Positions 42,823 to 54,442 of a stretch of 64,000 nt of DNA are shown here, one piece after another. Made by a program: the position numbers and the translations under genes. The DNA comes from Phycisphaerales bacterium. Lineage in GTDB: Bacteria; Planctomycetota; Phycisphaerae; Phycisphaerales; UBA1924. The stretch is taken from the NCBI GenBank assembly GCA_034004365.1, contig JAVEWV010000009.1:29637-93636 (forward strand). Reading direction: 5' to 3'. The number at the start of each line of letters is the position of its first letter. Position 1 is the first letter of the stretch. Under the pieces are notes generated by a model. It searched no databases, was not told the origin of the DNA, and saw only the letters and a program-made list of their open reading frames with translations.

Positions 42823-43932
42823 TCACGACCCACGCGGCACGCTCACGCGCGACGGCGTCACGCCCGCCGCACGCTCCGCATCAGCAAGCTGACGCTCGTA
42901 CCGCTCGCGGTTCTGCTTGGAGTCCATGAGAAACAACACCTTGCGCGCGAGCTGGTCGCCCACGCGCTCGCGCAGCTTCTTCATCGCCACGCCCAGATTC
43001 GTGCGGCGCGACACGTGCGTGACCACCAGATACTCGCACTCCAGCACGCGGAGCCACTCCGCGATGTCCTCGATGTGCATGTGCATCCCGATCTTTGCCC
43101 GACCGCGATGGTCGCTGTCAAAGAACGTGCACTCGCTGATCACGATCTGGCACTTCCGCACGTCGTCACGCACCAGGTGCGGGCCCGGAGCCGTGTCGCC
43201 CACGAACGCGATGTGCGGCACCTCGAACGTCCGCGTGATCTCGATGTTCCGCTCTTTCAGCTCCATCAGCTTGTCCTGAGGGAGCCCGACATACTCGTCC
43301 TTGAGCTTCGAGCGGTTCTCGACCACTACATATCCCATCGACGGGCTCGTGTGCTCCGTCGGGAAGCCACGCAGGAAAAGATTGTTCTTGATCTCGATCT
43401 GGTGTTTCGCGTCGTCAAAGGGATCGAGCTCGACCACCTCATACGGCGTCTTCTGCTGCTCGAGGTCCACAAACCCCGCCATCATCTTGTGGATCGCCGG
43501 CGCGATGCGTGAATCGCACACGATCGTTCCCGTGCCCATGCCCTGGAAACGCCGCTGCGAGCACCAGTAGGCCAGTCCACCGATGTGGTCCATGTGCCCG
43601 TGCGTGATCGCCGCGAACTTGCTGGGGAGCGCGAACCGCGGGCACACGCCCATGTCGAAGCACACGTCCACCTCGGGAACCTGCACCACCGTCGCCTCTC
43701 CCGCGACGGAGAACCCCTGGACGCGGTACGGCGGCAGATACAAAAACCCGATCGAGGGCTCACGCGGCGGCGGCTTGGGAAGCACGTCGAATCCTCCGGG
43801 CCCGGGCTCTCGCCCGAGCGGATGCTCCCGACGCCGGACGGCACGCACGCGCCGGACGCCCGACCCCGGGGGTGCGATCGTACCGCGCACCGCGCACCGA
43901 TCAACACGCCCCGCCGGGCCCGAGGGGCGCAT
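42823..43932 (-). CDS. MBL-fold metallo-hydrolase (RNase Z-like)
   Basis: HxHxDH motif ITHGHMDHIGG. Later His/Asp ligands (FPTEHT, FVGDT, THVS). The start at MRPSGPAG is my choice and is uncertain. Confidence 0.65.
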   Translation of the reverse strand: MRPSGPAGRVDRCAVRGTIAPPGSGVRRVRAVRRREHPLGREPGPGGFDVLPKPPPREPSIGFLYLPPYRVQGFSVAGEATVVQVPEVDVCFDMGVCPRFALPSKFAAITHGHMDHIGGLAYWCSQRRFQGMGTGTIVCDSRIAPAIHKMMAGFVDLEQQKTPYEVVELDPFDDAKHQIEIKNNLFLRGFPTEHTSPSMGYVVVENRSKLKDEYVGLPQDKLMELKERNIEITRTFEVPHIAFVGDTAPGPHLVRDDVRKCQIVISECTFFDSDHRGRAKIGMHMHIEDIAEWLRVLECEYLVVTHVSRRTNLGVAMKKLRERVGDQLARKVLFLMDSKQNRERYERQLADAERAAGVTPSRVSVPRGS

Positions 43933-43960
43933 CGCGCCGCGAGCGCAACTACCCTCGCAC

Positions 43961-44776
43961 GTGAGCGAACACGAAACCAGCCCGCCGCCCGCGAGCCCCG
44001 CCCCCGATGCGGAGCCCGCCGCCCCGAGCGAGTCCGCCTCGCAGATCTTCCAGAAGCTCGGCGCCGCGGGATACCTCGCGATCGCCGCCGCCGTCATGCC
44101 CGCAATCGGCGGCATCGCGCTCCTGGGCACGCTCAACATCACCGGCCCCTGGCTCCGCTCGCACGAGGTCGCCGGCTGGCTGCTCTACGTCGTGTGCTTC
44201 GTCGTCCTCGCAGGGCTCGCGCTCCTGCCGACGTACGCGCAGGCTGTCCTCGGCGGCTGGGCCTTCGGCTTCGCGTGGGGCTTCCCCGGCGCGCTGCTCG
44301 GCTTCGTGGGCGGATCGCTCGTGGGTTACTTCGTCGCGCGTCGCGCCTCGGGCGATCGCGTCATGAACGTCGTGCACGAGCATCCCAAGTGGTCCGCTGT
44401 GCGCGACGCGCTCGTGGGCCAGGGCTTCTGGAAGACCCTCGGCATCGTCACGCTCCTCCGCCTCCCGCCCAACTCGCCCTTCGCGCTGACGAACCTTGTC
44501 ATGGCGAGCGTGCAGGTGAAGCTCCCCGCGTTCGTGCTCGGCACGCTCATCGGCATGGCCCCCCGCACCGCCGGAGCCGTCTACGTCGCCTCGCTCATCC
44601 AGGGCGAGCTCACGAGCGACACCGCCAAGGCCGCGCGTCCGGGCTGGTTCATCCCGGTCACCATCGCGTCGACAGTCGTCGTGCTCATCATCGTCGGGTC
44701 GATCGCGAACCGCGCGCTCAAGAAGGCGACGAACGCTCAGCGTTCTACCCCCGCCACGCCGCCAGGAACAGCGTGA
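43961..44776 (+). CDS. TVP38/TMEM64 (DedA-related) family membrane protein
   Basis: GTG start chosen (VSEHETSPPP...). Core LLPTYAQAVLGGWAFGFAWGFPGALLGFVGGSLVGYFVAR and LRLPPNSPFALTNLVMA resemble the SNARE-associated/TVP38 family. The upstream part of the track ORF is the shadow of the MBL gene. Confidence 0.6.
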   Translation: MSEHETSPPPASPAPDAEPAAPSESASQIFQKLGAAGYLAIAAAVMPAIGGIALLGTLNITGPWLRSHEVAGWLLYVVCFVVLAGLALLPTYAQAVLGGWAFGFAWGFPGALLGFVGGSLVGYFVARRASGDRVMNVVHEHPKWSAVRDALVGQGFWKTLGIVTLLRLPPNSPFALTNLVMASVQVKLPAFVLGTLIGMAPRTAGAVYVASLIQGELTSDTAKAARPGWFIPVTIASTVVVLIIVGSIANRALKKATNAQRSTPATPPGTA

Positions 44777-45725
44777 TCGCCGCGAAGATCAGCGCCGCGA
44801 GCTGGAACGCCCGGTCGTGCACCGCCAGCTCCGTCGGGTCGTCGTACGTCCCGCGCTCCAGCAGCACCATGCAGCGCAAGAGCGCGTACGTCGCCGGCAG
44901 CATCGTGAGCCACAGCAGATTGAATCCCTGCACGTACACGTCGTGCTGCGCCTGCACATACCCCGCGTAGGTCAGCAGCGTCGCGACCGCCGTCACGACC
45001 ACGCTCATGCGCAGCAGGTCGTCCGTGTACGCCTGCTGCACGCCGCGGACCGCGGCGGGATCGAACGCGCGCCCCTCTCGTTCCGCCTCCACCGCGATCA
45101 CGCGCCGCTCGCCGAGCCGCTTGCCGAACGCGAGGAACATCGCGAGGAAGAACGTGCTGTTGAGCAGCCACGTCGTGGGCACGATCGCTACCGCCGCGCA
45201 CCCGCCCAGCACGCGGATCACGAATCCCGTGCTGAGGACCATGACGTCCGCCATCACGATGTGCTTGAGCGCGAGCGAGTACGCCCACACGCTCGCGACG
45301 TACACGCCGATCGCCGCGAGCGTCCACCCCGCGGCACTCCAGCCCGAGAGCGGCGCCACCAGCATCGCCAGCAGCACGCTCGCGATCGTGAGCCCGCCCG
45401 CCCACACCCGCGCCTGCGCAGGAGTGACATAGCCCGCCGCGAGGGGGCGGTTCCGTTTGCGCGGGTGCGCGCGGTCCTTCTCGATGTCGAACAGGTCGTT
45501 GACGACGTAACACGCGCTCGCCGCGAGCGAGAACGCCGCCGCGGCGACCATCGCGGGCAGCATCACCCGCCACGCCGGCTCGCTCGTGTCGCGCAGGTGG
45601 TACAGCGGGCCCAGCAGCACGAACGCGCTCTTGGACCACTGCGTCGGGCGCGCAAGCTTCAGAAGGTGCATCCAGAGCGGACGCGACGCGCGAGGGTCCG
45701 GGTTGGCGCTCACCGCCTCGCTCAT
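44745..45725 (-). CDS. UbiA-family polyprenyl-phosphate phosphoribosyltransferase (decaprenyl-phosphate PRPP transferase-like)
   Basis: KLARPTQWSKSAFVLLGPL and the Asp-rich motif YVVNDLFDIEKDRAHPRKRNRPLAAG closely follow the DPPR-synthase branch of UbiA enzymes. About 8 TM helices. Confidence 0.8.
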   Translation of the reverse strand: MSEAVSANPDPRASRPLWMHLLKLARPTQWSKSAFVLLGPLYHLRDTSEPAWRVMLPAMVAAAAFSLAASACYVVNDLFDIEKDRAHPRKRNRPLAAGYVTPAQARVWAGGLTIASVLLAMLVAPLSGWSAAGWTLAAIGVYVASVWAYSLALKHIVMADVMVLSTGFVIRVLGGCAAVAIVPTTWLLNSTFFLAMFLAFGKRLGERRVIAVEAEREGRAFDPAAVRGVQQAYTDDLLRMSVVVTAVATLLTYAGYVQAQHDVYVQGFNLLWLTMLPATYALLRCMVLLERGTYDDPTELAVHDRAFQLAALIFAAITLFLAAWRG

Positions 45726-46426
45726 GCGCGATCATTCCCCCGCCCATCGCGCGGCGCCCTCGCCTCTGCGCTCAGCGAATCCGACGGCGCATCGAGCGCA
45801 GCGCCCACCCCCGCGTCCGGCACGCGCAGCACGCTCATGTACTGCAGCCCGCGCCCGAACACCAGGTTCCACCCCACGGGGTAGAGGTTGATCCCGTCAT
45901 GGTGTGCCACGGGCTCGAGCCCCAGCCGCCCGAGCTTCTCACGCCACTGGCGCGGCGAGTTATACCTGTACAAGCACGGCACGCCGTACGGTGCGTTCGC
46001 CGCCCAGTCCATGAGCGCGATCCGCCGCTGTGCGAGCACGCCCTTCACCTGATGGTCCTTGATGACCACGAACCGACGCGCAACCCGCGCACACTCCGCG
46101 ATCAGGCGGTCCTCCTCCGGCTCGTGGTGCAGCACGTCCGCGACGATCACCACGTCGTACGAATCGTCCGAGAACGGCAGCCGCTTGCCCGCCTCACCCT
46201 CCGGGTACGCGTGCACGGTGATGGGCTCGCCCCCGCGCGGCACGCGCTCCAGCCCCTCGACCACCACGCCCTTCGGGCATCGCGGATCATCCATGATCGC
46301 GCGGCCCAGCGTGCCATTTCCGCAGCCGACATCGAGTACGCGATCGTCCTCCCTGATATGAGGGAGGACGAGATCAACGAGCACGCGGAGCCTGCGTTCA
46401 TAGACAGGACGGTGCAGGCTCTTCAT
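45722..46426 (-). CDS. class I SAM-dependent methyltransferase
   Basis: Start MKSLHRPVYERR. Motif I VLDVGCGNGTLG. Motif post-II VVIVADVLHH. Its stop overlaps the UbiA-family start by 4 nt (ATGA). Confidence 0.7.
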   Translation of the reverse strand: MKSLHRPVYERRLRVLVDLVLPHIREDDRVLDVGCGNGTLGRAIMDDPRCPKGVVVEGLERVPRGGEPITVHAYPEGEAGKRLPFSDDSYDVVIVADVLHHEPEEDRLIAECARVARRFVVIKDHQVKGVLAQRRIALMDWAANAPYGVPCLYRYNSPRQWREKLGRLGLEPVAHHDGINLYPVGWNLVFGRGLQYMSVLRVPDAGVGAALDAPSDSLSAEARAPRDGRGNDRA

Positions 46427-46653
46427 CACGCCGGGAAGCAATTCGTAATCTCCACTGCGCAATGTGTTTGCGCGTCGTTCTCGTGATCTCGGATCGGAAG
46501 ATCGACCATTCCGGGCACGGGCGATCGCCTTCTCGGTCCGCTTCGTATCGTCCGCACGCAGGGGGGAACTGCTCGGTTCGCGCACATCGCGTGCCGATCT
46601 TTGTTTTCGACGCGTCGCGCGAGTTCGCGCGTTCTCGGTCGCTGGGCCTTCTG

Positions 46654-48246
46654 GTGCAAGGGGAAGACATCCTGCCACCCGCTCATGTCGCATCCCGTCC
46701 CTGGCCCGTGCTCGCCGCGATCGCGCTCACGATCGCGATCACCCTGCCCTTCATCCTCTGGCCCCACTTCGATGGGCGCGGGCGCGCCTCCTACGACCAG
46801 AAGAACTACCACGAGCGCGTCGTCCGCCAGTTTGAGGCCGAGTGGCCCACACCCGATGTGGGGGATTACCTCAGCGCCACCACGCCGGGCTATCACCTCG
46901 CGCTCGCCGCGGCGGCGAAGCTCGGGCTTGAGTCGACCCGCGCGTTACGCATTGCCGGGCTTGGGTTTGTGATCGCGCTGGTTGGGATCGTCGCGTGGAC
47001 CGTCTGGGTCCGAACGGGGCGCGACAACTGGTTCGCCTTCGCCGTCACGCTGCCGCTGATCGCGTCCGTGTACGTCAACAACTCCGCGGTCTGGCTCCTG
47101 CCCGACAACGCGGCATGGTGCCTCGTCACACTGATCCTGGCGCTCGCCACCCGGGAGCGATGGTCGGCGTCCGCGCTCGTCGCGATGGGGCTCGCGCTCG
47201 TCGGGCTCGTGCTCGCGCGGCAGATCCACGCGTGGGCGGCCGGGGCGATCTATGCGTGTTGCTGGATGAACGGTAACACGCTGTGGCCCAGGGATGTGCG
47301 AGAACTCCGCGGGCGGGTCGGGCGTGTGGCCCTTGGAGCAGTGGTTTCGCTCCCCGCCTTCGGGGTGCTCGCGTGGTTTGTCTCGATCTGGGGCGGGCTC
47401 ACGCCCCCCCGGTTCCAGGGTCGCTACGGCGGGTTCAACTGGGCGACGCCAGCGTTCTTCCTTGCGCTGCTCGGCCTCGGGTCCGCGTTCTTCCTCGGGT
47501 ATCTCATCCCTACTTTGGGGCGTCTATGGCGCGAGGGGCCGACGCCGCTGGCGCTGGCCGCCCTCGGCGGATTCATCGTAAGCGTCATTCCAGAAACGTC
47601 TTATGACCAGATGGCGGGACGCTGGACCGGACTGTGGGGCGTGGTGCGGATGGTCCCGGTGTTCGCCGATCGCTCGCCGCTCCTGATCGCGATGTCGGCA
47701 TGGGGCGGGGCGATGCTCTACGCGTGGTCCGCGGCGGTGGGGGGGCGATTCCGCTGGGTGATGCTGGGATCGATCGCGGGCTTCGTCGCGGCCCAGACCA
47801 CGAGCCCGGAGCTGTGGCAGCGTTATCACGAGCCGTTCGTGCTGATCGTGCTCGCGCTCTGGGCGGCGGAAGTGGTCCGCGAGGAGCGACGGGCGGGCCC
47901 CGTGAATCGGGGGGATGAGGCGGCGGAGGACGCCGCGGGCGGCTCGCGGTTCCCCCGGCGCCTGCTGGGCCTGGCGCGGATGGGCGATCCGGCGATGCTC
48001 GCGCTGCTCCTCGGGCTCATCACGGCCCGGGGCTACTGGACCGCCCGGGTGACGACGCTCCACCCGCTGGAGGAGATCCAGGACGTGATCGATCGGGTCC
48101 CGCGCGCCGAGCGTGGGCGGAACGCGGCAGAATCTGGCCCGGATGCCGGGGTGCCACGAACCGGGGCGGGCGGGGGGCCGCTAGATGGAGTCCCCGCTTC
48201 GGCGGGTGATGGTGATGCCGGGGGCGGATCGGACCGAGAAGAATGA
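46654..48246 (+). CDS. polytopic membrane protein, GT-C glycosyltransferase-like
   Basis: At least 9 hydrophobic helices, with a first loop [34 protein letters not shown]. There is no in-frame ATG near the first helix, so the GTG at 46654 (or 46708) is only a guess. Function is inferred from topology and context. Confidence 0.45.
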   Translation: MQGEDILPPAHVASRPWPVLAAIALTIAITLPFILWPHFDGRGRASYDQKNYHERVVRQFEAEWPTPDVGDYLSATTPGYHLALAAAAKLGLESTRALRIAGLGFVIALVGIVAWTVWVRTGRDNWFAFAVTLPLIASVYVNNSAVWLLPDNAAWCLVTLILALATRERWSASALVAMGLALVGLVLARQIHAWAAGAIYACCWMNGNTLWPRDVRELRGRVGRVALGAVVSLPAFGVLAWFVSIWGGLTPPRFQGRYGGFNWATPAFFLALLGLGSAFFLGYLIPTLGRLWREGPTPLALAALGGFIVSVIPETSYDQMAGRWTGLWGVVRMVPVFADRSPLLIAMSAWGGAMLYAWSAAVGGRFRWVMLGSIAGFVAAQTTSPELWQRYHEPFVLIVLALWAAEVVREERRAGPVNRGDEAAEDAAGGSRFPRRLLGLARMGDPAMLALLLGLITARGYWTARVTTLHPLEEIQDVIDRVPRAERGRNAAESGPDAGVPRTGAGGGPLDGVPASAGDGDAGGGSDREE

Positions 48247-48295
48247 GCCCGGCGCGCCGCCCGCTGGCGTCCCGGCAGACGAGAGGACGTTGGCG

Positions 48296-49345
<1,050 letters not shown>

Positions 49346-49425
49346 GGCGAGCGACGCAGGGTCGGGCGCTAAGGACGGGATCATCTGAATTTGTTGGCGG
49401 CAAGCGAGGCGATGAGGAGGCGGCG

Positions 49426-50700
49426 ATGTCGGGCGTTGCGCGCGAATTGATGCATGGCGCGGCACGCGCGTTCTCCTCAATGTCGCGTTCACGCGCGAAC
49501 GACGGCGCGTTGATCATTCCGCCGGCAGGTCCGGGCAGCCTGGGCGATGAAGCGATGTGCGAGGCGGTCGCGTGCATGCTGCGTCGTGCGGGGGTTTCTC
49601 CGATCACACTGCTGGCGCGGCCGGGGCTCGCGCCGTGGCCCGATCTCGGGGGCGTCGGGGCGTACGTCGACCCATCTGGCGGAGGAGTCGTTCGTTCGGC
49701 GCGGGTGCTGTCGCTCATGCGACGTCATCGGTACCTCTTCGTGATCGGGGCGGACTGTATTGACGGGCACTACAGCGTTGCGAACTCGGTGCAACTGATC
49801 ACTCTCGTTGATTGTGGCGCACGGATGGGATGTATTGCAACCCTCGTTGGAAGCAGCTACAAGGCCGGCGCACGCTCGGAGACAGCGCGGGCCTTGCGGA
49901 GAGTGCACCCGCCAGCGAGATTGTGCTCGCGCGATCCGGTGAGCCAGGAACGCATGAGCGCGGCGAGCGGGCGGACGATTCAACTCGTCGCGGACGCGGC
50001 GTTCATGCTCGAGCCGAGGGAGCTGATGAGCGATCAGGAGCTCGTTCGTGGATGGATCGAGGCACAGGGCGACCGGCCGATCCTTGGCGTCAACTTCAAT
50101 CACCAAGTCCTGCACGGTGCTTCGCAAGAGAGCGTTGATGCACTGCACGCCTCCTACGTCGAGGTGATCAGACGCTCGCATCGCGAGCTTGATGCTTCGA
50201 TCCTCTTGATTCCGCACGACTACCGGCGCGAGCCCAACGACGCAACCTACGCGGATCGACTCTTCGCGCGGCTCTCGCCCGAGCTTGGCGATCGGATCCT
50301 GCGTCTTCCGGGTCGGCGGACGCCGGGTGAGATCAAGCACGTCGCGGGCATGGTTGACGTCGTGCTGACGGGGCGGATGCACCTGGCGATCGCGTGCCTC
50401 GGGCGCGGAACGCCGCCGGCGTGCGTGACGTATCAGGGCAAGTTCGAGGGGCTGATGAGGCACTTCGGGCTCGAGGGTATGACGCTTGATCCCGAGCGCG
50501 CGTGCGATGCGGACGCGCTGTGGGTGATGGTGTCGGGCGCAATGTCGCGGAGCGCGGCGATGCGCGAGCAGATCCGCTCGCGACTGGAATCGATCCAGGC
50601 GATGAGCCGCCAGAACTTCCCGGACGAGCTGCGCTCGAAGATCGAGGCGTCGCTGTCAGCGGAGCGGGACGGCGCGCCACGGGAGCGTGTCGCGGTGTGA
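49426..50700 (+). CDS. polysaccharide pyruvyl transferase family protein
   Basis: GSLGDEAM near the N-terminus and the C-terminal VVLTGRMHLAIACLGRGTPPACVTYQGKF block are typical of the WcaK/CsaB-type pyruvyl transferase family. Confidence 0.65.
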   Translation: MSGVARELMHGAARAFSSMSRSRANDGALIIPPAGPGSLGDEAMCEAVACMLRRAGVSPITLLARPGLAPWPDLGGVGAYVDPSGGGVVRSARVLSLMRRHRYLFVIGADCIDGHYSVANSVQLITLVDCGARMGCIATLVGSSYKAGARSETARALRRVHPPARLCSRDPVSQERMSAASGRTIQLVADAAFMLEPRELMSDQELVRGWIEAQGDRPILGVNFNHQVLHGASQESVDALHASYVEVIRRSHRELDASILLIPHDYRREPNDATYADRLFARLSPELGDRILRLPGRRTPGEIKHVAGMVDVVLTGRMHLAIACLGRGTPPACVTYQGKFEGLMRHFGLEGMTLDPERACDADALWVMVSGAMSRSAAMREQIRSRLESIQAMSRQNFPDELRSKIEASLSAERDGAPRERVAV

Positions 50701-50739
50701 TGGGGCGCCCTGCCGGCGCATTGAGAGATCGCACAGGGC

Positions 50740-52281
50740 ATGACGCCGCGGACGCAGAATCTCGGGCAGAAGACCGCTCGTGGCATGGCGATGCTGACGG
50801 CGCAGACGCTGCTCGGCAAGGTGATCAGCTCGCTCGGGCAGCTCGTGCTCGCGTGGATCCTCGTGCCAGAGGCGTTCGGTCTCGTCGCGCTGGCGTACAC
50901 CGTGATGTCGTTCAGCCGCATCATCGAGCAGATCGGGCTGCGGGAGATCCTCATCCGCGCACAGGACCGCTTCGAGCGCTGGGAGAACAGCGCGATGTGG
51001 CTCGCCGGGCTGCTGGGACTGGGCGTGGGCGTCGTGACGCTCGCGACGGCTCCACTGGCGGCAACGCTGTTCGAGGCGCCGGGGATCACAGGGCTGATCT
51101 GGGTGCTCGCGGCGGCGACGCCGTTCTGGAGCCTGTCGCAGATTTGTGAGGCCAAGCTGGAGCGCGACCTGCGGTTTGCGCGAGTGACGACGATCCAGTT
51201 CGGTGCGCAGACGGGGCAGGTCGTGCTCTCGGTGGTATTCGCGCTCATCGGATTCGGCGCGTACTCGTTTGTAGCGCCGCGCCTGGTGGTGGGAATCGTG
51301 AAGCTGGTATATGTGTGGCGCATGGTGCGGCCCCGGGTGCGGAAGAGCCCACAACTGCATCGCTGGGGCGCGCTGGTCCGCCAGGGGCTTCCGATCACGG
51401 GCGCGGTGCTGTTCCAGACGATCACCGCGAACGCGGACTACTTCGTGCTGGGCCTGATCGCGACAAAGGCAGTGGTTGGTTTCTACTTCTTCGCGTTCAA
51501 CCAGAGCACGCAGATCGTGCAGATCTTTGCGAGCAACCTGATGCGGGTCATGGTCCCGAGCCTGAGCACGCTCAAGGACGATCCGAAGCGACAGGTGGAC
51601 GCCTTCCTGAGGGGGACGCGCCTGCTGGCGTGCGCGGCGGCCCCACTGTGCGTGATGCAAGCAGCGTGCGCCGGGCCAACGCTGCGCCTGCTCTACGGCG
51701 AGCGATGGGTGGAGGCGATCCCGCTCCTGCAGATCCTGTCGTCCGCGGCGGTCTTTGGGTTCATCTCATGGCCCACGATCTCGCTGCTTATGGCGCAGGG
51801 ACGCTATACGACGCGGATGGTGCTGACGGGATGTGCGGCGGGCGTGTTCACGCTTGTGGTCACGATTGGTGCGCTCGTGGGACGGGAGTTCGAGGCCCCG
51901 GCGCTCGGGGCGGCGATCGCGGTCGCGTGCTATCGCGTGGTGATGAGCCCCATGCAGGCGTACGTGGCATGCCGCAGTGCTGGGGTGCGGTGGGCGACGA
52001 TCCTGCACGTCTTCTTCATGGCCGCGCTGGGCGCGGGGCTGACGATCGGTCCGGCGTGGTGGCTTGGCACGACCCTGCCCGGGCTTGTGCTGCACGACGC
52101 CGGGGGGCACGGCATCGTGCATGAGCTGATGCACGTCGCGATCGTGCTGACGCTTGGCCCGTCGCTGTATGTCGCGTGGCTGCGGCTGTCGCAGCGCGAG
52201 CTGTGGCGCGAGCTGGTGTCGCGCGGGCTGGGCGTGCTGCCGGGCGGCGTGGCGCGTCGCGTGCCGGCGTGGGTGCGGTAG
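50740..52281 (+). CDS. oligosaccharide flippase (Wzx-like, MOP superfamily)
   Basis: 513 aa with about 12-14 TM helices. The N-terminal pattern GQKTARGMAMLTAQTLLGKVISSLGQLVLAWILVPEAFGLVALA is typical of polysaccharide biosynthesis (Wzx) proteins. Confidence 0.7.
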   Translation: MTPRTQNLGQKTARGMAMLTAQTLLGKVISSLGQLVLAWILVPEAFGLVALAYTVMSFSRIIEQIGLREILIRAQDRFERWENSAMWLAGLLGLGVGVVTLATAPLAATLFEAPGITGLIWVLAAATPFWSLSQICEAKLERDLRFARVTTIQFGAQTGQVVLSVVFALIGFGAYSFVAPRLVVGIVKLVYVWRMVRPRVRKSPQLHRWGALVRQGLPITGAVLFQTITANADYFVLGLIATKAVVGFYFFAFNQSTQIVQIFASNLMRVMVPSLSTLKDDPKRQVDAFLRGTRLLACAAAPLCVMQAACAGPTLRLLYGERWVEAIPLLQILSSAAVFGFISWPTISLLMAQGRYTTRMVLTGCAAGVFTLVVTIGALVGREFEAPALGAAIAVACYRVVMSPMQAYVACRSAGVRWATILHVFFMAALGAGLTIGPAWWLGTTLPGLVLHDAGGHGIVHELMHVAIVLTLGPSLYVAWLRLSQRELWRELVSRGLGVLPGGVARRVPAWVR

Positions 52282-52297
52282 CGATCGCGGCGCGGGC

Positions 52298-53512
52298 TCA
52301 GCCGTGCTTGGCCCACTCCCAGGTCTTGACCGCGCTCGTGTCCCTGCCGAGGCGCTGGCAAAGGTTGGCGGCGAAGCATGCGCGGGTGTTCGCGGGATCG
52401 TGAAAGACACGAAGGCGGCGCGTGGCGTCGGTGGGCGCCCACGACGGGGCACGCTCGAGCGATTCGGTAAGGCCGCGAGCGAAGGCCTGTTCATCGCTCA
52501 CGTTACACGTCCAGCCGAGTCCGAAGTGCGGCACGACCGCCCGGAACCATCCATAGTCGCCCGTGAGCACCGGGCGGTTCGCGGCCATGGCGCGGAGGCA
52601 GATGTTCGAGAGCCCGACGTGGTTGGGATGGCAGGTGCACACAACGTCGGCGGCACTCATCGACCACGCGAGCTCATCGTCGGAGATGTAGCGATCCATC
52701 ACGATGACGCGACCCTCGCGCACGAGCGGCGCGAGTGCGCCATCGAGCAGCGTGCGCACGATCGTGTCCGTCCGGCCGGCGAGGAGCAGGCGATCGTTCG
52801 ACGCAAGCTTTGCGGACGCGAACGCCTTGAGCAGCAGGTCCGCGCCCTTGCGCGTCGAGATTGCGCCGGAGAGGGAAATGAGCCGGCCGTCCTCGGGGAG
52901 AGAGAGGCGCGAGCGGGCATCGCGCTTGTCCATGTCGGGCACGTCATCGACAGGGTCGGGCAGGACGCTCGCGCGGCGGGCGAGGGGATGGCCGTGGGCG
53001 GCGAGCCACTCGTACGCGACCACGTCTACGTACTGCACGCGGGCGAGCGGCGCGTGGGTGAGGGCCGCGAGGCGAAGCCGGCGATACACACGATCGCGTA
53101 CTCCGCTTGCGGGGTAGGCGTACGGCCCGCGGTGCATGCAGGCCTCGACCGACACGCGCTTGCGACGGAAGTGCGCGGCGGTGCGCGAGCCGGGCAGCCC
53201 GAGGATCTGCGCGAGCCCGTCCGCGGAGGGCAGGAACACGTGGTCGGCGTGGTGGGCGTCGATCGCGTGCTCGAGCGCGTGGTTGGCAGCGCGACCCTTG
53301 TTGAGTGTGCCCTTGGCGCGTTCGAACGGAACGCCGTGGAACTGGAAGCGATCCCCGAGCGGGGCAAGCTGGACACGAAAGGCGTCGGTGTCGAGCGCGT
53401 CCTGTCCGAGCACCACGCTGACCTCACAGAGGCCCTCGAGCGCGGGAAGGAGCTGTCGGACGTAGGTGAGTCGGTGCCCGCCGGCGTCGGGCTCGAAGAT
53501 CAGCGCGTGCAT
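52298..53512 (-). CDS. GT-B fold glycosyltransferase (GT4-like)
   Basis: 404 aa. N-terminal MHALIFEPDAGGHRLTY. C-terminal donor-binding region (RLLLAGR....DELAWSMSAADVVCTCH...GLSNICLRAMAANRPVLTGDYG). Confidence 0.65.
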   Translation of the reverse strand: MHALIFEPDAGGHRLTYVRQLLPALEGLCEVSVVLGQDALDTDAFRVQLAPLGDRFQFHGVPFERAKGTLNKGRAANHALEHAIDAHHADHVFLPSADGLAQILGLPGSRTAAHFRRKRVSVEACMHRGPYAYPASGVRDRVYRRLRLAALTHAPLARVQYVDVVAYEWLAAHGHPLARRASVLPDPVDDVPDMDKRDARSRLSLPEDGRLISLSGAISTRKGADLLLKAFASAKLASNDRLLLAGRTDTIVRTLLDGALAPLVREGRVIVMDRYISDDELAWSMSAADVVCTCHPNHVGLSNICLRAMAANRPVLTGDYGWFRAVVPHFGLGWTCNVSDEQAFARGLTESLERAPSWAPTDATRRLRVFHDPANTRACFAANLCQRLGRDTSAVKTWEWAKHG

Positions 53513-53687
53513 GGGCGAACAGGGTAGGTTGGCGGGGGGAGGGGGCGTTCTCGGACGGGCGGGTGAGCATGCAACGCCGGGCCGAGGGGGCGGAAATGCC
53601 GCGGAGTTCCTTGGGGGTCGGGCGTCGGTCGGTTACCCTCCGGCTGGCCCGCGCGGAGGATCGGCGGGCGGAGCAAGGAGAGACGAC

Positions 53688-54407
53688 ATGGCGCGGCGTT
53701 CGATGGCGGCGGCGGTGTCTCGCAGGCTCGCGTGCGCGGCGCTCGTGGGGGTCTCGGGCACCGCATGGGCGGACGACGTCGTGGTGGTCGACCTGACCGG
53801 CGTGCGTCTGCAGAACGGGCTGAACCAGAGCGTGACGAGCGGGGCGGACACCATCGACCCCGACACCCTGTACAGCTATGTGATCGACGGCATGGTGCGG
53901 GGTGAGTCGGGCCTGCTCGCGGCGTTGGTCCCGAATCCCAGGCCGCTGGGCGAGGTGCTTGAGCTGTTCGCGGCGGGCGCATCGAGCGCGCTGGTGGGCA
54001 CGGGGTGCAACCCGAGCGGGCAGGTGCCGTTCGACGTCGTCAACGCGCCGCTCTCCGGCTCGTCGGTGGTGCTGGGCATAACGGTGAATGCGTCGGTCAC
54101 GCTGTCGGCGGGGATCGATGCGAACGGTGTGGCATACTTCAGCGCGACGAACGTGGTGCTGACGCCGTCGTCGCTGGTGGGCTCGGCGGTGTTCACGAGC
54201 GGGAGCGTGACGGTGCGGGGGCTGCGTCCGTGCCTGGCGGACTGGGACGCGTCGGGCGGCACGCCCAACAGCAGTGATTTCCTTTCCTACCTAAACGATT
54301 GGTCGCTGGGCGACGCGTGCGCCGACCTCGCGCCGCCGGGCGGGGACGGCAACTTCGACTCGTCGGACTTCCTGGCATTCCTGAACGCGTACGCGGGCGG
54401 ATGCTGA
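53688..54407 (+). CDS. secreted protein with C-terminal Cys-bracketed dockerin-like module
   Basis: AAGGAGAG precedes the ATG. Signal peptide MARRSMAAAVSRRLACAALVGVSGTAWA. Last 58 aa: CLADWDASGGTPNSSDFLSYLNDWSLGDACADLAPPGGDGNFDSSDFLAFLNAYAGGC-stop. Confidence 0.7.
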   Translation: MARRSMAAAVSRRLACAALVGVSGTAWADDVVVVDLTGVRLQNGLNQSVTSGADTIDPDTLYSYVIDGMVRGESGLLAALVPNPRPLGEVLELFAAGASSALVGTGCNPSGQVPFDVVNAPLSGSSVVLGITVNASVTLSAGIDANGVAYFSATNVVLTPSSLVGSAVFTSGSVTVRGLRPCLADWDASGGTPNSSDFLSYLNDWSLGDACADLAPPGGDGNFDSSDFLAFLNAYAGGC

Positions 54408-54442
54408 TCGGGGCGCGGGAATTCCCTGTGGTGCCAGTGGAA

